Assembly: GCA_046715155.1 (NCBI GenBank)
Contig: JBKJZI010000031.1
Coordinates: 10,875 to 74,874 of the forward strand
DNA from: Chthonomonadales bacterium
GTDB taxonomy: Bacteria > Armatimonadota > Chthonomonadetes > Chthonomonadales > CAJBBX01
Reading direction: 5' to 3'
Length of the DNA stretch: 64,000 nucleotides
This document shows positions 27,334 to 35,876 of this stretch, piece by piece. A program made the translations under genes and the position numbers. A model generated the notes under the pieces. The model did not search any database, was not told where the DNA came from, and saw only the letters and a program-made list of their open reading frames with translations. Each line of letters begins with the position of its first letter. Position 1 is the stretch's first letter.

Positions 27334-29508
27334 TCACGATCCTTTGTCTTCGGTATCCCTCAGGTCCGGGTGAACGGGACCGCCCGCCGCGAGCGCTTCG
27401 AACTCCTCGGTTGCTCGGCGTCGCGGCTTGCCATCCTCAACCTGCGGCGTGTGGTAGTAGTTGTAGTATCGGTAGTAGCCGTAGTAGTAGTCGTCCCGGC
27501 GAGACCGCAGGTCGATCTTATTGAAGACGACCCCGAGCACTCGGGCATGGGCTTGTCGCATGAGCTCCGACGAGTGCTTGACCGGAGACTTTCTGGCTTC
27601 TCCGAGCTGCACAACGTAGATCACACCGTCCGTAAGCGAACAGAGCACCTGCGCGTCAGCCGTTGCCAGGAATGGCGGGCTGTCGAAGATAACCACGTCG
27701 GCCATCTCCCGAAGCGTCTCGTGTACCTGCGCCATTGCGCGGGAGTTCAAAAGCTCTGCCGGATTCGGCGGCAGCGGACCAGACGCAAGCAGTTTCAGCC
27801 CTGGAACTGACGTGTCTTTTAGCGCCTCCTCGAGCGATGCCCTACCGACGAGTACATTCGTCAAACCGGGGCGATGGTCGGTATCCAGTTTCTCGTGCAG
27901 GGTTGGGCGTCGTAAGTCCGCGTCCACCAGGATTACCTTGCGCCCATCGAGCGCCATTGCAATCGCCAGGTTGGTCGCGGTGACCGACTTGCCTTCACCC
28001 GGCGACGTGCTTGTAACGACGATCGAGCTTGTGGGAGAATCCACGGTCGCAAACTGTACGTTCGATCGCATTACCCGGTAGCTTTCCAGAAGCGATCCGC
28101 CCCCGGCAGAGCGATTCAGCAATCTCGCCTCCGGCTGATCGACCAGAGGCACGTAGCTGAGTATAGGAGCATCCAGCAACCGGCGGGCGTCTTCGGGCGA
28201 ATTGATCCGGTCGTCCAGATATTCCTGGAGCAGAGCGAGGCAGATTCCGAGCACAAGACCAATGAGCGCGGTGGTGATGAAGTTGTTCATCGGCTTCGGC
28301 GCGATCTGCCCCGCGGGCCCTGCTTCCGTAATGATCGCAGTCGGCTTAAGAGCGGCAACCAATTGCATTTCCAGGTCCTCGACGCTCCGCTTCATTCCCG
28401 TTACGGTCATCTGGAGGCTGTCGACGTCCCTCTTGAGCTCGTTATGTTTGCGGTCCGCGGCACTCATACTGGCTGCACCGGCAATTGGACGCGTTGCTAT
28501 CAGACTGGCAAGAGCTGCTTTTCTTGATTCGTGAATTGCTCGAGCTTCTGCGATCTTGCTGTCGTATTCCGGAATCTGAGGGTTGGGCGCGGTGGTTACC
28601 TCGCGTATGGTTGCCGGCAGCTCGGTCAATCGCTTCCTCAAGTCTTTGATCTGCTCGTCGATCTGCTGGACCTCGAGATGTTCAGCTTTGAACCGAAGAA
28701 GTAACGCGGCGCGCGTCGTCTGGAGGTTGGCAATTTGCGTGCGAATCTGCTGCTCGCTCTCTGTATTCGTTTTGTTGATGGGCGTTTCAATGAATTTGGG
28801 AATGGCGCTTTTCTCAATCTCCAGTGAGTCCAGGCTCGCCTTTGCAGCTGCACCGTCGGTGTAGGCTGTGCGGATGTGCTCCTCATGTTGCGCTATTGCT
28901 TCGGCCTTGGCCAGCATTAGCGCGTCAGGATTTAGATTCACCGCCTTGAACCTCTGCATATCGTCGAGTGCTCGGGTCAGCTTCTTCTCTTCGGTATCAA
29001 GCTGCTTCCGGGCAAACTTCAGCATCGTTTCTACTTGCTTCTTTTTCGTCCCGGCCTGATGTTCTGCATAGGCGTCTGGCATGGCTTTCGCCACTTTCTG
29101 GGCGGCTAGCTTGTCGTATGCCTGACAGATGATTGTGACTACCTCAGTTTGTCCGACCTGGTCCGCTTTGACACTTACGCCGGTGACGCCGGCCTTCTCG
29201 TGAGCGGCGGCAATAACTTTTCGGCCCGTGATGACGGCGATCTGCGTGTCCACTCCATGGCCGAGATCGGGCGCAAAGATGTGGGAAAACGGCCCGAGCG
29301 TCTCCGACGGGGATGCGTTCCACCGCTTGGATTCGACAAGTATGGACGTAGAGGATTGATAGAGGGGCTTGGCCATCATGGTGATGACCAGGCCGACAGA
29401 GACGACGACTACAAAGGTTTGGATGATGATGGCTTTGCGGCGTCGAAGCAGGTCCATGTAATCACGGACTGTCATTTCAGACGCTTGCGTACCATAGTCT
29501 TCGGGCAT
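27334..29508 (-). CDS. wzc: Polysaccharide co-polymerase with C-terminal BY tyrosine autokinase (Wzc/GumC/EpsG type)
   Basis: 724 aa. N-terminal Wzz-like region with a TM helix, a long coiled coil, and a second TM. Walker A VTSTSPGEGKSVTATNLA. C-terminal Tyr cluster RRDDYYYGYYRYYNYYH, encoded by the GTAGTA-rich stretch around 27450-27497. Confidence 0.93.
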   Translation of the reverse strand: MPEDYGTQASEMTVRDYMDLLRRRKAIIIQTFVVVVSVGLVITMMAKPLYQSSTSILVESKRWNASPSETLGPFSHIFAPDLGHGVDTQIAVITGRKVIAAAHEKAGVTGVSVKADQVGQTEVVTIICQAYDKLAAQKVAKAMPDAYAEHQAGTKKKQVETMLKFARKQLDTEEKKLTRALDDMQRFKAVNLNPDALMLAKAEAIAQHEEHIRTAYTDGAAAKASLDSLEIEKSAIPKFIETPINKTNTESEQQIRTQIANLQTTRAALLLRFKAEHLEVQQIDEQIKDLRKRLTELPATIREVTTAPNPQIPEYDSKIAEARAIHESRKAALASLIATRPIAGAASMSAADRKHNELKRDVDSLQMTVTGMKRSVEDLEMQLVAALKPTAIITEAGPAGQIAPKPMNNFITTALIGLVLGICLALLQEYLDDRINSPEDARRLLDAPILSYVPLVDQPEARLLNRSAGGGSLLESYRVMRSNVQFATVDSPTSSIVVTSTSPGEGKSVTATNLAIAMALDGRKVILVDADLRRPTLHEKLDTDHRPGLTNVLVGRASLEEALKDTSVPGLKLLASGPLPPNPAELLNSRAMAQVHETLREMADVVIFDSPPFLATADAQVLCSLTDGVIYVVQLGEARKSPVKHSSELMRQAHARVLGVVFNKIDLRSRRDDYYYGYYRYYNYYHTPQVEDGKPRRRATEEFEALAAGGPVHPDLRDTEDKGS

Positions 29509-29604
29509 GTTTTATGGGTCTCCGGTGCCGGCCATTCTGGCCGGCGCATTCATCGTGGAACGTGTCCAGAGGAGCCAGGCTTCCTCCCGACCGCCTTGTC
29601 GAAC

Positions 29605-30216
29605 CTATGTCACTGAATGGCGCTCCAGCCGCGCCAATTCCAACTCCACCACCTCACACACTGCGTGCGAGATCGTAATGTGCGACTCCTGAATCCGGGC
29701 TGTCCGGCGCGAAGGTACGCAGAGAGCGAGGTCCGCAATTTCCGCCAGTTCTCCGCCTGTCTCTCCGCAAAACCCGATCACCCTCATACCGCGAGCCCGC
29801 GCTGTTCTCGCGGCCTCCACAATGTTTGAGGAGTTGCCGCTGGTGCTATACGCCAGGAAAACGTCCCCTTCCGCGCCAAGCGCTTCCACTTGCCGGGCGA
29901 AAATGCGATCAACGCTGTAATCGTTGCCAATCGCCGTCAAAACCGAAGTGTCCGTACTGAGACAGATCGCCGGCCACGCGCTCCGTTCCTGCTCGAACCG
30001 ACCGATGAACTCAGCGGCCACGTGCTGTGCGTCCGCGGCGCTGCCACCGTTTCCGGCGAGAAGGACTTTGTTGCCGCCGCGAAGACATTCACCTATCCAC
30101 AACGCTGCTTGACAGATATCCGGAACCATTCTTTCGAGTACCGCTTGTTTGACCCGGATGCTCTCTTCAATGGAGGCTGAAACAGTCGCCGCAGCAGTTA
30201 ATGCAGCTACCGCCAT
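29605..30216 (-). CDS. gmhA: SIS-domain sedoheptulose-7-phosphate isomerase (GmhA-like)
   Basis: LLAGNGGSAADAQHVAAEFIGRF, LAYSTSGNSSNIVEA, and QESHITISHAV near the C-terminus. ATG 30216 is preferred over the track start 30270 because it gives a shorter overlap with wza. Confidence 0.85.
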   Translation of the reverse strand: MAVAALTAAATVSASIEESIRVKQAVLERMVPDICQAALWIGECLRGGNKVLLAGNGGSAADAQHVAAEFIGRFEQERSAWPAICLSTDTSVLTAIGNDYSVDRIFARQVEALGAEGDVFLAYSTSGNSSNIVEAARTARARGMRVIGFCGETGGELAEIADLALCVPSRRTARIQESHITISHAVCEVVELELARLERHSVT

Positions 30217-31373
30217 ACTCGGAATCCGAGCACCCCAAGGGCCGTGAGCGGACTCAGAAGGTCCCCCCACTGGAAGCCCTTCTTCCCCTTCGGGGGAACG
30301 TAGAGAATGTCACCTGACTTCAAAACATGATTCTGCGAAAGGTCGCGTTTCTTCAGCATACTGTCAAAGTTGACTGGAATCAGCGTGGGCGCGCCGTCTT
30401 TCAGCCGAATAATACCGGCCTTGCTGGAGTCGGCCTGCCCAGGTATGTCCGACCCGGCCAACTGCAAGGCCTCAAGCACCGTGATTTCCTTTGTTTCAGG
30501 AAGAGGGAACTGCCCGGGCTTGCCGACCATCCCCATCACGGAGTAGCGCGCCTCCATTTGAGGCACGAACACCTGATCACCCGGCATGAGCTGGAACTTC
30601 AGAAGCTCTTCGGTCGGCTTGCCGGCCCGAACGGCGTCTCGCAGGCCGGAGAGCTGAATCGGCATCGTCCCACGCTGCACGTGTATCTTCGACACCGCTG
30701 CATCGTCTTTGATTCCCGCGCTTAGCAGAAGCGAGAGGAGCGTCGTGTTCGGCTCAAGCTCGAAACGACCGGGCCGGTCAACCTGGCCGGCGACGAACAC
30801 ATAAACCGGCTCGATCTCATCCAGGAGGATTATGTCGTCGGGCTCGAGGACGAGGTTGGCGTCGGAGCCTGGATTCTCACCCGCCTTCATGATATCAATC
30901 GGAATCGTTTCTGTGCCCCGGCTTAAACGCCCGCGAATTTTCTGGGGCTTGTTCGTGAATCCCCCTGCAAGCGAAACTACGTCCATGAGCTTTAGCGGGC
31001 GGCGAAGCTCGAATGCCCCCTGGGATTTCACGGCGCCGACAATGCGAACTCGGCGCGACTTTATTTCCTTTACCAGTACGCTGACGACGACGTTATTGCG
31101 TACCCGGTCAAGGCCCTTTTTGATCTCGAAGCCAAGCTCGTTCGTCGTCTTGCCGGCCGCCCTCAGCTCGCCTACTTCCGGAAAGGTGATCTTGCCATCC
31201 GGCAGAATCATGATCGTCCGGTTCAGCTCGGGGTGATTCGTTATGCTGACCTCCAGGATGTCATCCGCACCCAGGACGTAGGCCGTTTCCACCGGCTTCT
31301 CGACCTTTTGCGCAAGCGTAGGCGCCGGCGCTGAGAGGAGCGCCAACGCGAGCAGCCAGAACAGGGGTCTCAT
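30207..31373 (-). CDS. wza: Outer-membrane polysaccharide export protein (Wza/OPX; Poly_export + SLBB domains)
   Basis: ATG 31373 is preceded by GGAGGA 7 nt upstream. Signal peptide MRPLFWLLALALLSAPAPTLAQ. YVLGADDILEVSI...LPDGKITFPEVGELRAAGKTTNEL is a Poly_export motif. Confidence 0.9.
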   Translation of the reverse strand: MRPLFWLLALALLSAPAPTLAQKVEKPVETAYVLGADDILEVSITNHPELNRTIMILPDGKITFPEVGELRAAGKTTNELGFEIKKGLDRVRNNVVVSVLVKEIKSRRVRIVGAVKSQGAFELRRPLKLMDVVSLAGGFTNKPQKIRGRLSRGTETIPIDIMKAGENPGSDANLVLEPDDIILLDEIEPVYVFVAGQVDRPGRFELEPNTTLLSLLLSAGIKDDAAVSKIHVQRGTMPIQLSGLRDAVRAGKPTEELLKFQLMPGDQVFVPQMEARYSVMGMVGKPGQFPLPETKEITVLEALQLAGSDIPGQADSSKAGIIRLKDGAPTLIPVNFDSMLKKRDLSQNHVLKSGDILYVPPKGKKGFQWGDLLSPLTALGVLGFRVWR

Positions 31374-31464
31374 CAAGTATCCTCCATTTCGCCCACGTCC
31401 GGGCGGGCAGCTGAGGGCAGCCATATTGCTTTCTCGGGGGGTCCGCTTTCAGAACGGGCTGGAT

Positions 31465-31494
31465 ATTATACACTCAGAAGAACGCGGGTCGTAA
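31465..31494 (-). promoter_or_regulatory. Candidate sigma70-type promoter for wza-gmhA-wzc
   Basis: Perfect TATAAT on the minus strand (31470-31465) in a GC-rich intergenic gap, about 95 nt upstream of the wza ATG. A weak -35 TTACGA lies 18 nt upstream. Confidence 0.35.
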
Positions 31495-31529
31495 AGACGC
31501 TCCAATGGAATCCGCCCATCCGCAGTCCC

Positions 31530-33230
31530 TTAGTCGGACGGAATGCGGCGGAATCCGGTTCCCGTAAACTCAACGATAATCCGCTCTGGAGGCGTTTCGG
31601 ATGAATTAAGCACGATCTCGAAATCGGTGACCAGGCCTTCACCGGGAGAGGACTGACGCAATCGTATCTGCCCTGCGGCCAGGGATATCGTGTCCCCAGT
31701 CTTTAGTGGGAGAACTCTGGCCGCCGGGAATATGAACCAACCGTCACCTGGCTTAATCCGATACGCAATCGCCGCGGAATCCGCAGCTTTCTGACGCACT
31801 ACAGGGTACGCGGCGGTGGATTGGACCAGCACAACCTCGGCGACCGATTCGAGGTTCTGAAGGTACCCGGGACGCCGATTCCGGCAGTAGTAGAGAAACG
31901 CGCGTGCGTCATTGCTCAATACCGGCGCGTCACCCCTCTGCCGGGGGGTAGTCAACAGAACTACCGGCGCATCGGGATATACACCCGAAATGCGCCTGAA
32001 GTCGCGGCAGCACGCTTTCGAGAGCGCCCAGTTACGTACCCAATCCGAGCCGGTCGTGAAGCTTGCCACTGCCATGAGTGCGCCTAGCGCACCGGCCCCA
32101 AACGCCAGATGGCGGCCCGCGGTCCTGTTTGCCGCTCCGATTCCGATGCAGGCGAGCGCAATGGGGAGATAGAGCACGCGAGCTCCGCCGCCCCCCTGTA
32201 TCACGAGTATGGGAAGGAACGAAACGAGCGGCAGCCCAGCCGTGAGAACAACTCCCCGCAAGTTCCGCCGCGCAAGAAGGGCTATCAGCCCAGCCAGCGC
32301 GGCGAAACCGATCACGGAAGCGACCGATGTGACGTTTCGGGAAATGGACTGCAAGCCGGATTCCGTTATCGGCACCAGCAGCAAGACTACGCCTCTCGTG
32401 ACTCCTGCGGCTATCTCGCCGATGGTTGCGGTTGGTACGCCGCCCTGGCGAACGTAGAATCTACCCGCCAGATAGACCAGGTACATGAGGCAGAGCGCCG
32501 CACTGCTGGTGATAAGCGCCAATCCGGAACGCTGCTCCACGGAACCCGCGAGCGGATCGTCCGACCTCGTAAACCACCAGAGAAGAAGAAGCGCGAGCGG
32601 AAGCGAGACCGCAGACTCTTTAGAGAGGAAGGCGAGGAGCACGCCGCAGATAGTCAAAAGGATCATGGAAAAGGCACAGCGCCGGTTTGAGCAGCCAAGG
32701 ATTCCCAGGATGGCCATCAGATATCCCATGCAGGCCAGCGTCTCCGCGCGCGGTGAGATCCAGTACACGTTCGGAACGCTCGACCGATGACAAAGGAACA
32801 GAAACACAAATGAAAAGGCCAGGGGTGGAATCACTCGCAGGCGCCGAAGGATGAGGAAAAGTACGACGCCATTCACCAAGTGGATGGCGAGGTTAACGGC
32901 GTGATGCAGCATCGGGCCCCCGCCGGCCCTTAGCTCCAACATTAAGCTGAGCATCACCGTGGGGCGGAAGTAGCTCCCTCGACCGAATGGGAGCGGTGCG
33001 AGGAGAGAATAGTTAGGGCGATTGAGCGCGTAGATCAGGTCATAATCATCGGCCATATAACCGATCCAGAGGCTGCGGCTGTGGAGCGCGCCTGCGAACA
33101 TTAGCAAAAGGAACAGGGCTATCGGCTCGCGGTATCGGCTAGGAGGCGACGACGACGCCTCGTCAGTGTCCGACCCGAGATGCGACGGGGGCGGAAGCGG
33201 CGTGTCGCCGTCTCCCGCCCCCGCGCTCAC
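31530..33230 (-). CDS. Polytopic membrane protein, GT-C fold (PMT_2/ArnT/TMTC-like) glycosyltransferase-like
   Basis: About 10 predicted TM helices. MADDYDLIY...SYFRPTVMLSLMLE...HHAVNLAIHLVNGVVL and LCHRSSVPNVYWISPRAETL match the family pattern. The track start 33332 overlaps the upstream gene by 86 nt; GTG 33230 follows AGAGG. Confidence 0.7.
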   Translation of the reverse strand: MSAGAGDGDTPLPPPSHLGSDTDEASSSPPSRYREPIALFLLLMFAGALHSRSLWIGYMADDYDLIYALNRPNYSLLAPLPFGRGSYFRPTVMLSLMLELRAGGGPMLHHAVNLAIHLVNGVVLFLILRRLRVIPPLAFSFVFLFLCHRSSVPNVYWISPRAETLACMGYLMAILGILGCSNRRCAFSMILLTICGVLLAFLSKESAVSLPLALLLLWWFTRSDDPLAGSVEQRSGLALITSSAALCLMYLVYLAGRFYVRQGGVPTATIGEIAAGVTRGVVLLLVPITESGLQSISRNVTSVASVIGFAALAGLIALLARRNLRGVVLTAGLPLVSFLPILVIQGGGGARVLYLPIALACIGIGAANRTAGRHLAFGAGALGALMAVASFTTGSDWVRNWALSKACCRDFRRISGVYPDAPVVLLTTPRQRGDAPVLSNDARAFLYYCRNRRPGYLQNLESVAEVVLVQSTAAYPVVRQKAADSAAIAYRIKPGDGWFIFPAARVLPLKTGDTISLAAGQIRLRQSSPGEGLVTDFEIVLNSSETPPERIIVEFTGTGFRRIPSD

Positions 33231-33246
33231 TCCAGCCTCTTGGGAT

Positions 33247-34242
33247 TTAGAAGTTGAACTCGTCCACGTTCTCCTTCGTGATGACGGTTGTAGGCATGAC
33301 GACTTGCGCGCCTTTCCTGGCCAACTTCCCAACGCCGGGGAACTCCATTCCGTCTGCCGGCTCTTTGCCGTCCAGATAGTCGTTTACCAGTTTTGCCGTC
33401 ATGTAGGTGAGTTTAGCCGGGTCCCACAGAATGAGGCCGCTAACAGCGCCGGACTTAAGATAAGGTTTGGTTTCGCTAGGAAGCGCCAACCCCCACACTT
33501 TTGCCTTACCGATCTTGTTGAGCTGGGTGACGGCTTGACCCACGGCTGGCGGACTGGGAGAGTTTGCGCAGGCGAAGCCGGTGATTCCAGGGTCCTTCTG
33601 GAACGCCTGCACCGCGAATGATCGCGCTTTCTGGTTATCATCGTCGTTGTAGATGTACGGCTTAACCAGCGTGATGCCGGGGTATTTCTTGAGGCCTTCC
33701 TCGAAACCTACCACGTGAGCATTGAGATTGTCGGCAGCGCGGCCGCCGCTGACGATCTGCACTTTCCCCTTCTCGCCCATGTCCTTCGCCAATTGGTTCG
33801 CGACATCTACGCCGATTCCCACGTCGTCAGCACCTACATAGAAGATCCGCTTCGAATTTGGAGCATCGGAATCCCAGGTGAAAACCTTGATGCCTGCTTC
33901 AGTCGCCTTGTCGATGATTGGGCGGACAGCTTCCGCATCGTTAGGCGATATAACGATGGCGGCCACGTTCTGAGCGATAAGCTGCTCGATGATCTCCCGC
34001 TGCTTGCCCGCATCCGCCTTGTCCGGCGCCAGGTACTTGACCGTCACTCCGTCCAGCTCATCGCTGGCCTGCTGCGCCCCGCGTTTACACGCGTCACCAT
34101 ATAGCAGTCCGTCGACCTTGAAGACAAAGACGATCTCCCGGTCTTTGGCCGGCGCGGCGTCACCTTTCTTGCCGTTGCATCCGGCCAGGAATAGCGGAAT
34201 CGCAACGGCGGTCAGGACGACTTTCAGTCGGGAAAAGCGCAT
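33247..34242 (-). CDS. Periplasmic sugar-binding lipoprotein (type I PBP, RbsB/LsrB-like ABC substrate-binding protein)
   Basis: 331 aa. Lipobox LFLAGC. Alternating beta-alpha pattern (IVFVFK..., VAAIVISPND, KVFTWDSD, GKVQIVSG). No permease or ATPase gene is adjacent. Confidence 0.85.
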   Translation of the reverse strand: MRFSRLKVVLTAVAIPLFLAGCNGKKGDAAPAKDREIVFVFKVDGLLYGDACKRGAQQASDELDGVTVKYLAPDKADAGKQREIIEQLIAQNVAAIVISPNDAEAVRPIIDKATEAGIKVFTWDSDAPNSKRIFYVGADDVGIGVDVANQLAKDMGEKGKVQIVSGGRAADNLNAHVVGFEEGLKKYPGITLVKPYIYNDDDNQKARSFAVQAFQKDPGITGFACANSPSPPAVGQAVTQLNKIGKAKVWGLALPSETKPYLKSGAVSGLILWDPAKLTYMTAKLVNDYLDGKEPADGMEFPGVGKLARKGAQVVMPTTVITKENVDEFNF

Positions 34243-34286
34243 GTCCTCAATCTCCTCGTCGAATAGGGATCGTTCCGCGGCCCTTC

Positions 34287-35063
34287 TCAGAAGCCTACTC
34301 CCAGGGCTATGGTCGGATACTTCTTGACAATGCCTACGAGCAGGTTGAACTCAACGGGCTTCTCACCCGATCCGCTACGCGCCGCGAGAAGCACGCCGAA
34401 GCTGCCGTCGAAGCCGTCATACTCGCCCCAGATTCGCACAGGGTCCGCAACCGATACACTGGCGTTTACAAACCCGTTCTTGAATCTGCGGGAGCCGATT
34501 CCGCCGCTTATCCATAGAGGGCGTTCACCTTCGGTGGCCTTGAAGGTAGCCACACCGAAGAAAGAGCGCGATTCCTGGTCGTCGCCGGGAATCCCCGTGC
34601 CGGAGGACCCTCCATTTCCCGAGATGTCCTGGACGCCGACGGAGAACTGAACGCGAGAGGCTTCCTGGGGGACCCACTGCGCCTGGAGGTTAAACGCCTG
34701 GTCACCGATGTTGCTCAGAATCATGTCGGAGATCGCAACATTCCATCCGGTGAGGCTATGCCCGTACATGATCACGCCAGTACCGTTGCCACCGCCGAAG
34801 TCCAGGGTGAATTTGCTGTTCCGGCTAATCAGGCCGTAACCAAGCCGCCATTGACTGTGGCCCAGCACATGCGCAATGGGCGTGGAAAAAGCCGAGGCTC
34901 CCGTTAGCGATGCCCGCCCGTCAGGATCGACGCCGAACCCGCCTCCGGCCAGCCCGGATAAGCCTCGGAACTGGGGAAAGCGGTCGGGACCGGTGAGATC
35001 GCGCTGGGCGACCGCGCAAACGGGGAGCGAGAGCAACAGAAGCGCTGCACAGAGAATCCGCAT
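34287..35063 (-). CDS. Putative outer-membrane beta-barrel protein (unknown family)
   Basis: 258 aa. Signal peptide MRILCAALLLLSLPVCAVAQ. Gly-rich alternating strands. C-terminal ...ALGVGF with a terminal Phe, as in OMP signatures. Confidence 0.6.
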   Translation of the reverse strand: MRILCAALLLLSLPVCAVAQRDLTGPDRFPQFRGLSGLAGGGFGVDPDGRASLTGASAFSTPIAHVLGHSQWRLGYGLISRNSKFTLDFGGGNGTGVIMYGHSLTGWNVAISDMILSNIGDQAFNLQAQWVPQEASRVQFSVGVQDISGNGGSSGTGIPGDDQESRSFFGVATFKATEGERPLWISGGIGSRRFKNGFVNASVSVADPVRIWGEYDGFDGSFGVLLAARSGSGEKPVEFNLLVGIVKKYPTIALGVGF

Positions 35064-35191
35064 CGTTGGTGTTCCTATCTACGGACGCGGCCCCCCGCGC
35101 CCGGTGGGTGGAGTTCGACCGGAGCAGCCCAACGAGTATAGCCGAATAGCTAAAGGGGTGTAAAGGTAAAAGTAACAGGGACCGACCTGCC

Positions 35192-35220
35192 TTGCGCTGA
35201 ATCGTCGATTGCTGTACAAT
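35192..35220 (+). promoter_or_regulatory. Candidate sigma70-type promoter for the plus-strand TPR/CRTAC1 operon
   Basis: TTGCGC (35192-35197), a 17-nt spacer, then TACAAT (35215-35220), inside the divergent intergenic region 35064-35297. Confidence 0.3.
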
Positions 35221-35333
35221 TTGCCTGTCTAAGCTATCTGTGCTCTGCCGGGAAAATGCGGGCGATCCTCGTCACGTCGCGGTTGCCTTTTGCCTAGTTG
35301 CCGACCTCACGGTACTTAATTGGGGAGACTCCA

Positions 35334-35876
35334 GTGCCAAACTTGTCCACTGAGTTATCGGAGAAATCCGCGTACGAATCCGGGTTATCCAGGCCGCGAA
35401 AACAACGAAAACGGCTGATCGAGTACTCCGTCGTTCTCTGCCTTATCCTGATCTTGATGGGCGCCGCCTACTTCCAGGAAGACATTTCCAGCTACACGCG
35501 GCTGCGCATGTGGGATTCCGCCGCGCCCGGTCGCGTGGTGCTCCAATTCTTGGAGGCCGGCAAGAAGGGCGAAAAGGCCACGACGGACAAACTCCTGGCT
35601 GCAGGCGGATACCAGACCGTTACGCGAAACGGAAAATGGGCCGGTTACTCGGTTACCGCTATGCCCGGCACGATGGAGTTCCTTTTTGCTGATTTGGCTC
35701 CAAGTAGCGGGAAGGTTCTAGCAACGGAATTCACACGTTTGGGAAAAGGCTCCGCGACGGTAACCGTGCCCGACGCCAAGGGTAAGCCGACCAAATATCG
35801 ACTGGAAATGACCGATAATGGCTGGAAGATCACAGATATCCTCGGCGGCCGGCCACTCCCCGCGCAAAACCGCTAA
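35334..35876 (+). CDS. Membrane-anchored hypothetical protein
   Basis: The track ORF starts at TTG 35298, directly after a stop. GTG 35334 is preceded by GGGGAG. Single TM VVLCLILILMGAAYF followed by a soluble domain with no recognised motif. Confidence 0.6.
   Translation: MPNLSTELSEKSAYESGLSRPRKQRKRLIEYSVVLCLILILMGAAYFQEDISSYTRLRMWDSAAPGRVVLQFLEAGKKGEKATTDKLLAAGGYQTVTRNGKWAGYSVTAMPGTMEFLFADLAPSSGKVLATEFTRLGKGSATVTVPDAKGKPTKYRLEMTDNGWKITDILGGRPLPAQNR

Noticed and set aside
27450-27497. GTAGTA-rich nucleotide microrepeat
   Set aside because: It is the codon footprint (reverse strand TAC/TAT) of the Wzc C-terminal tyrosine cluster DDYYYGYYRYYNYYH, not an independent repeat element.
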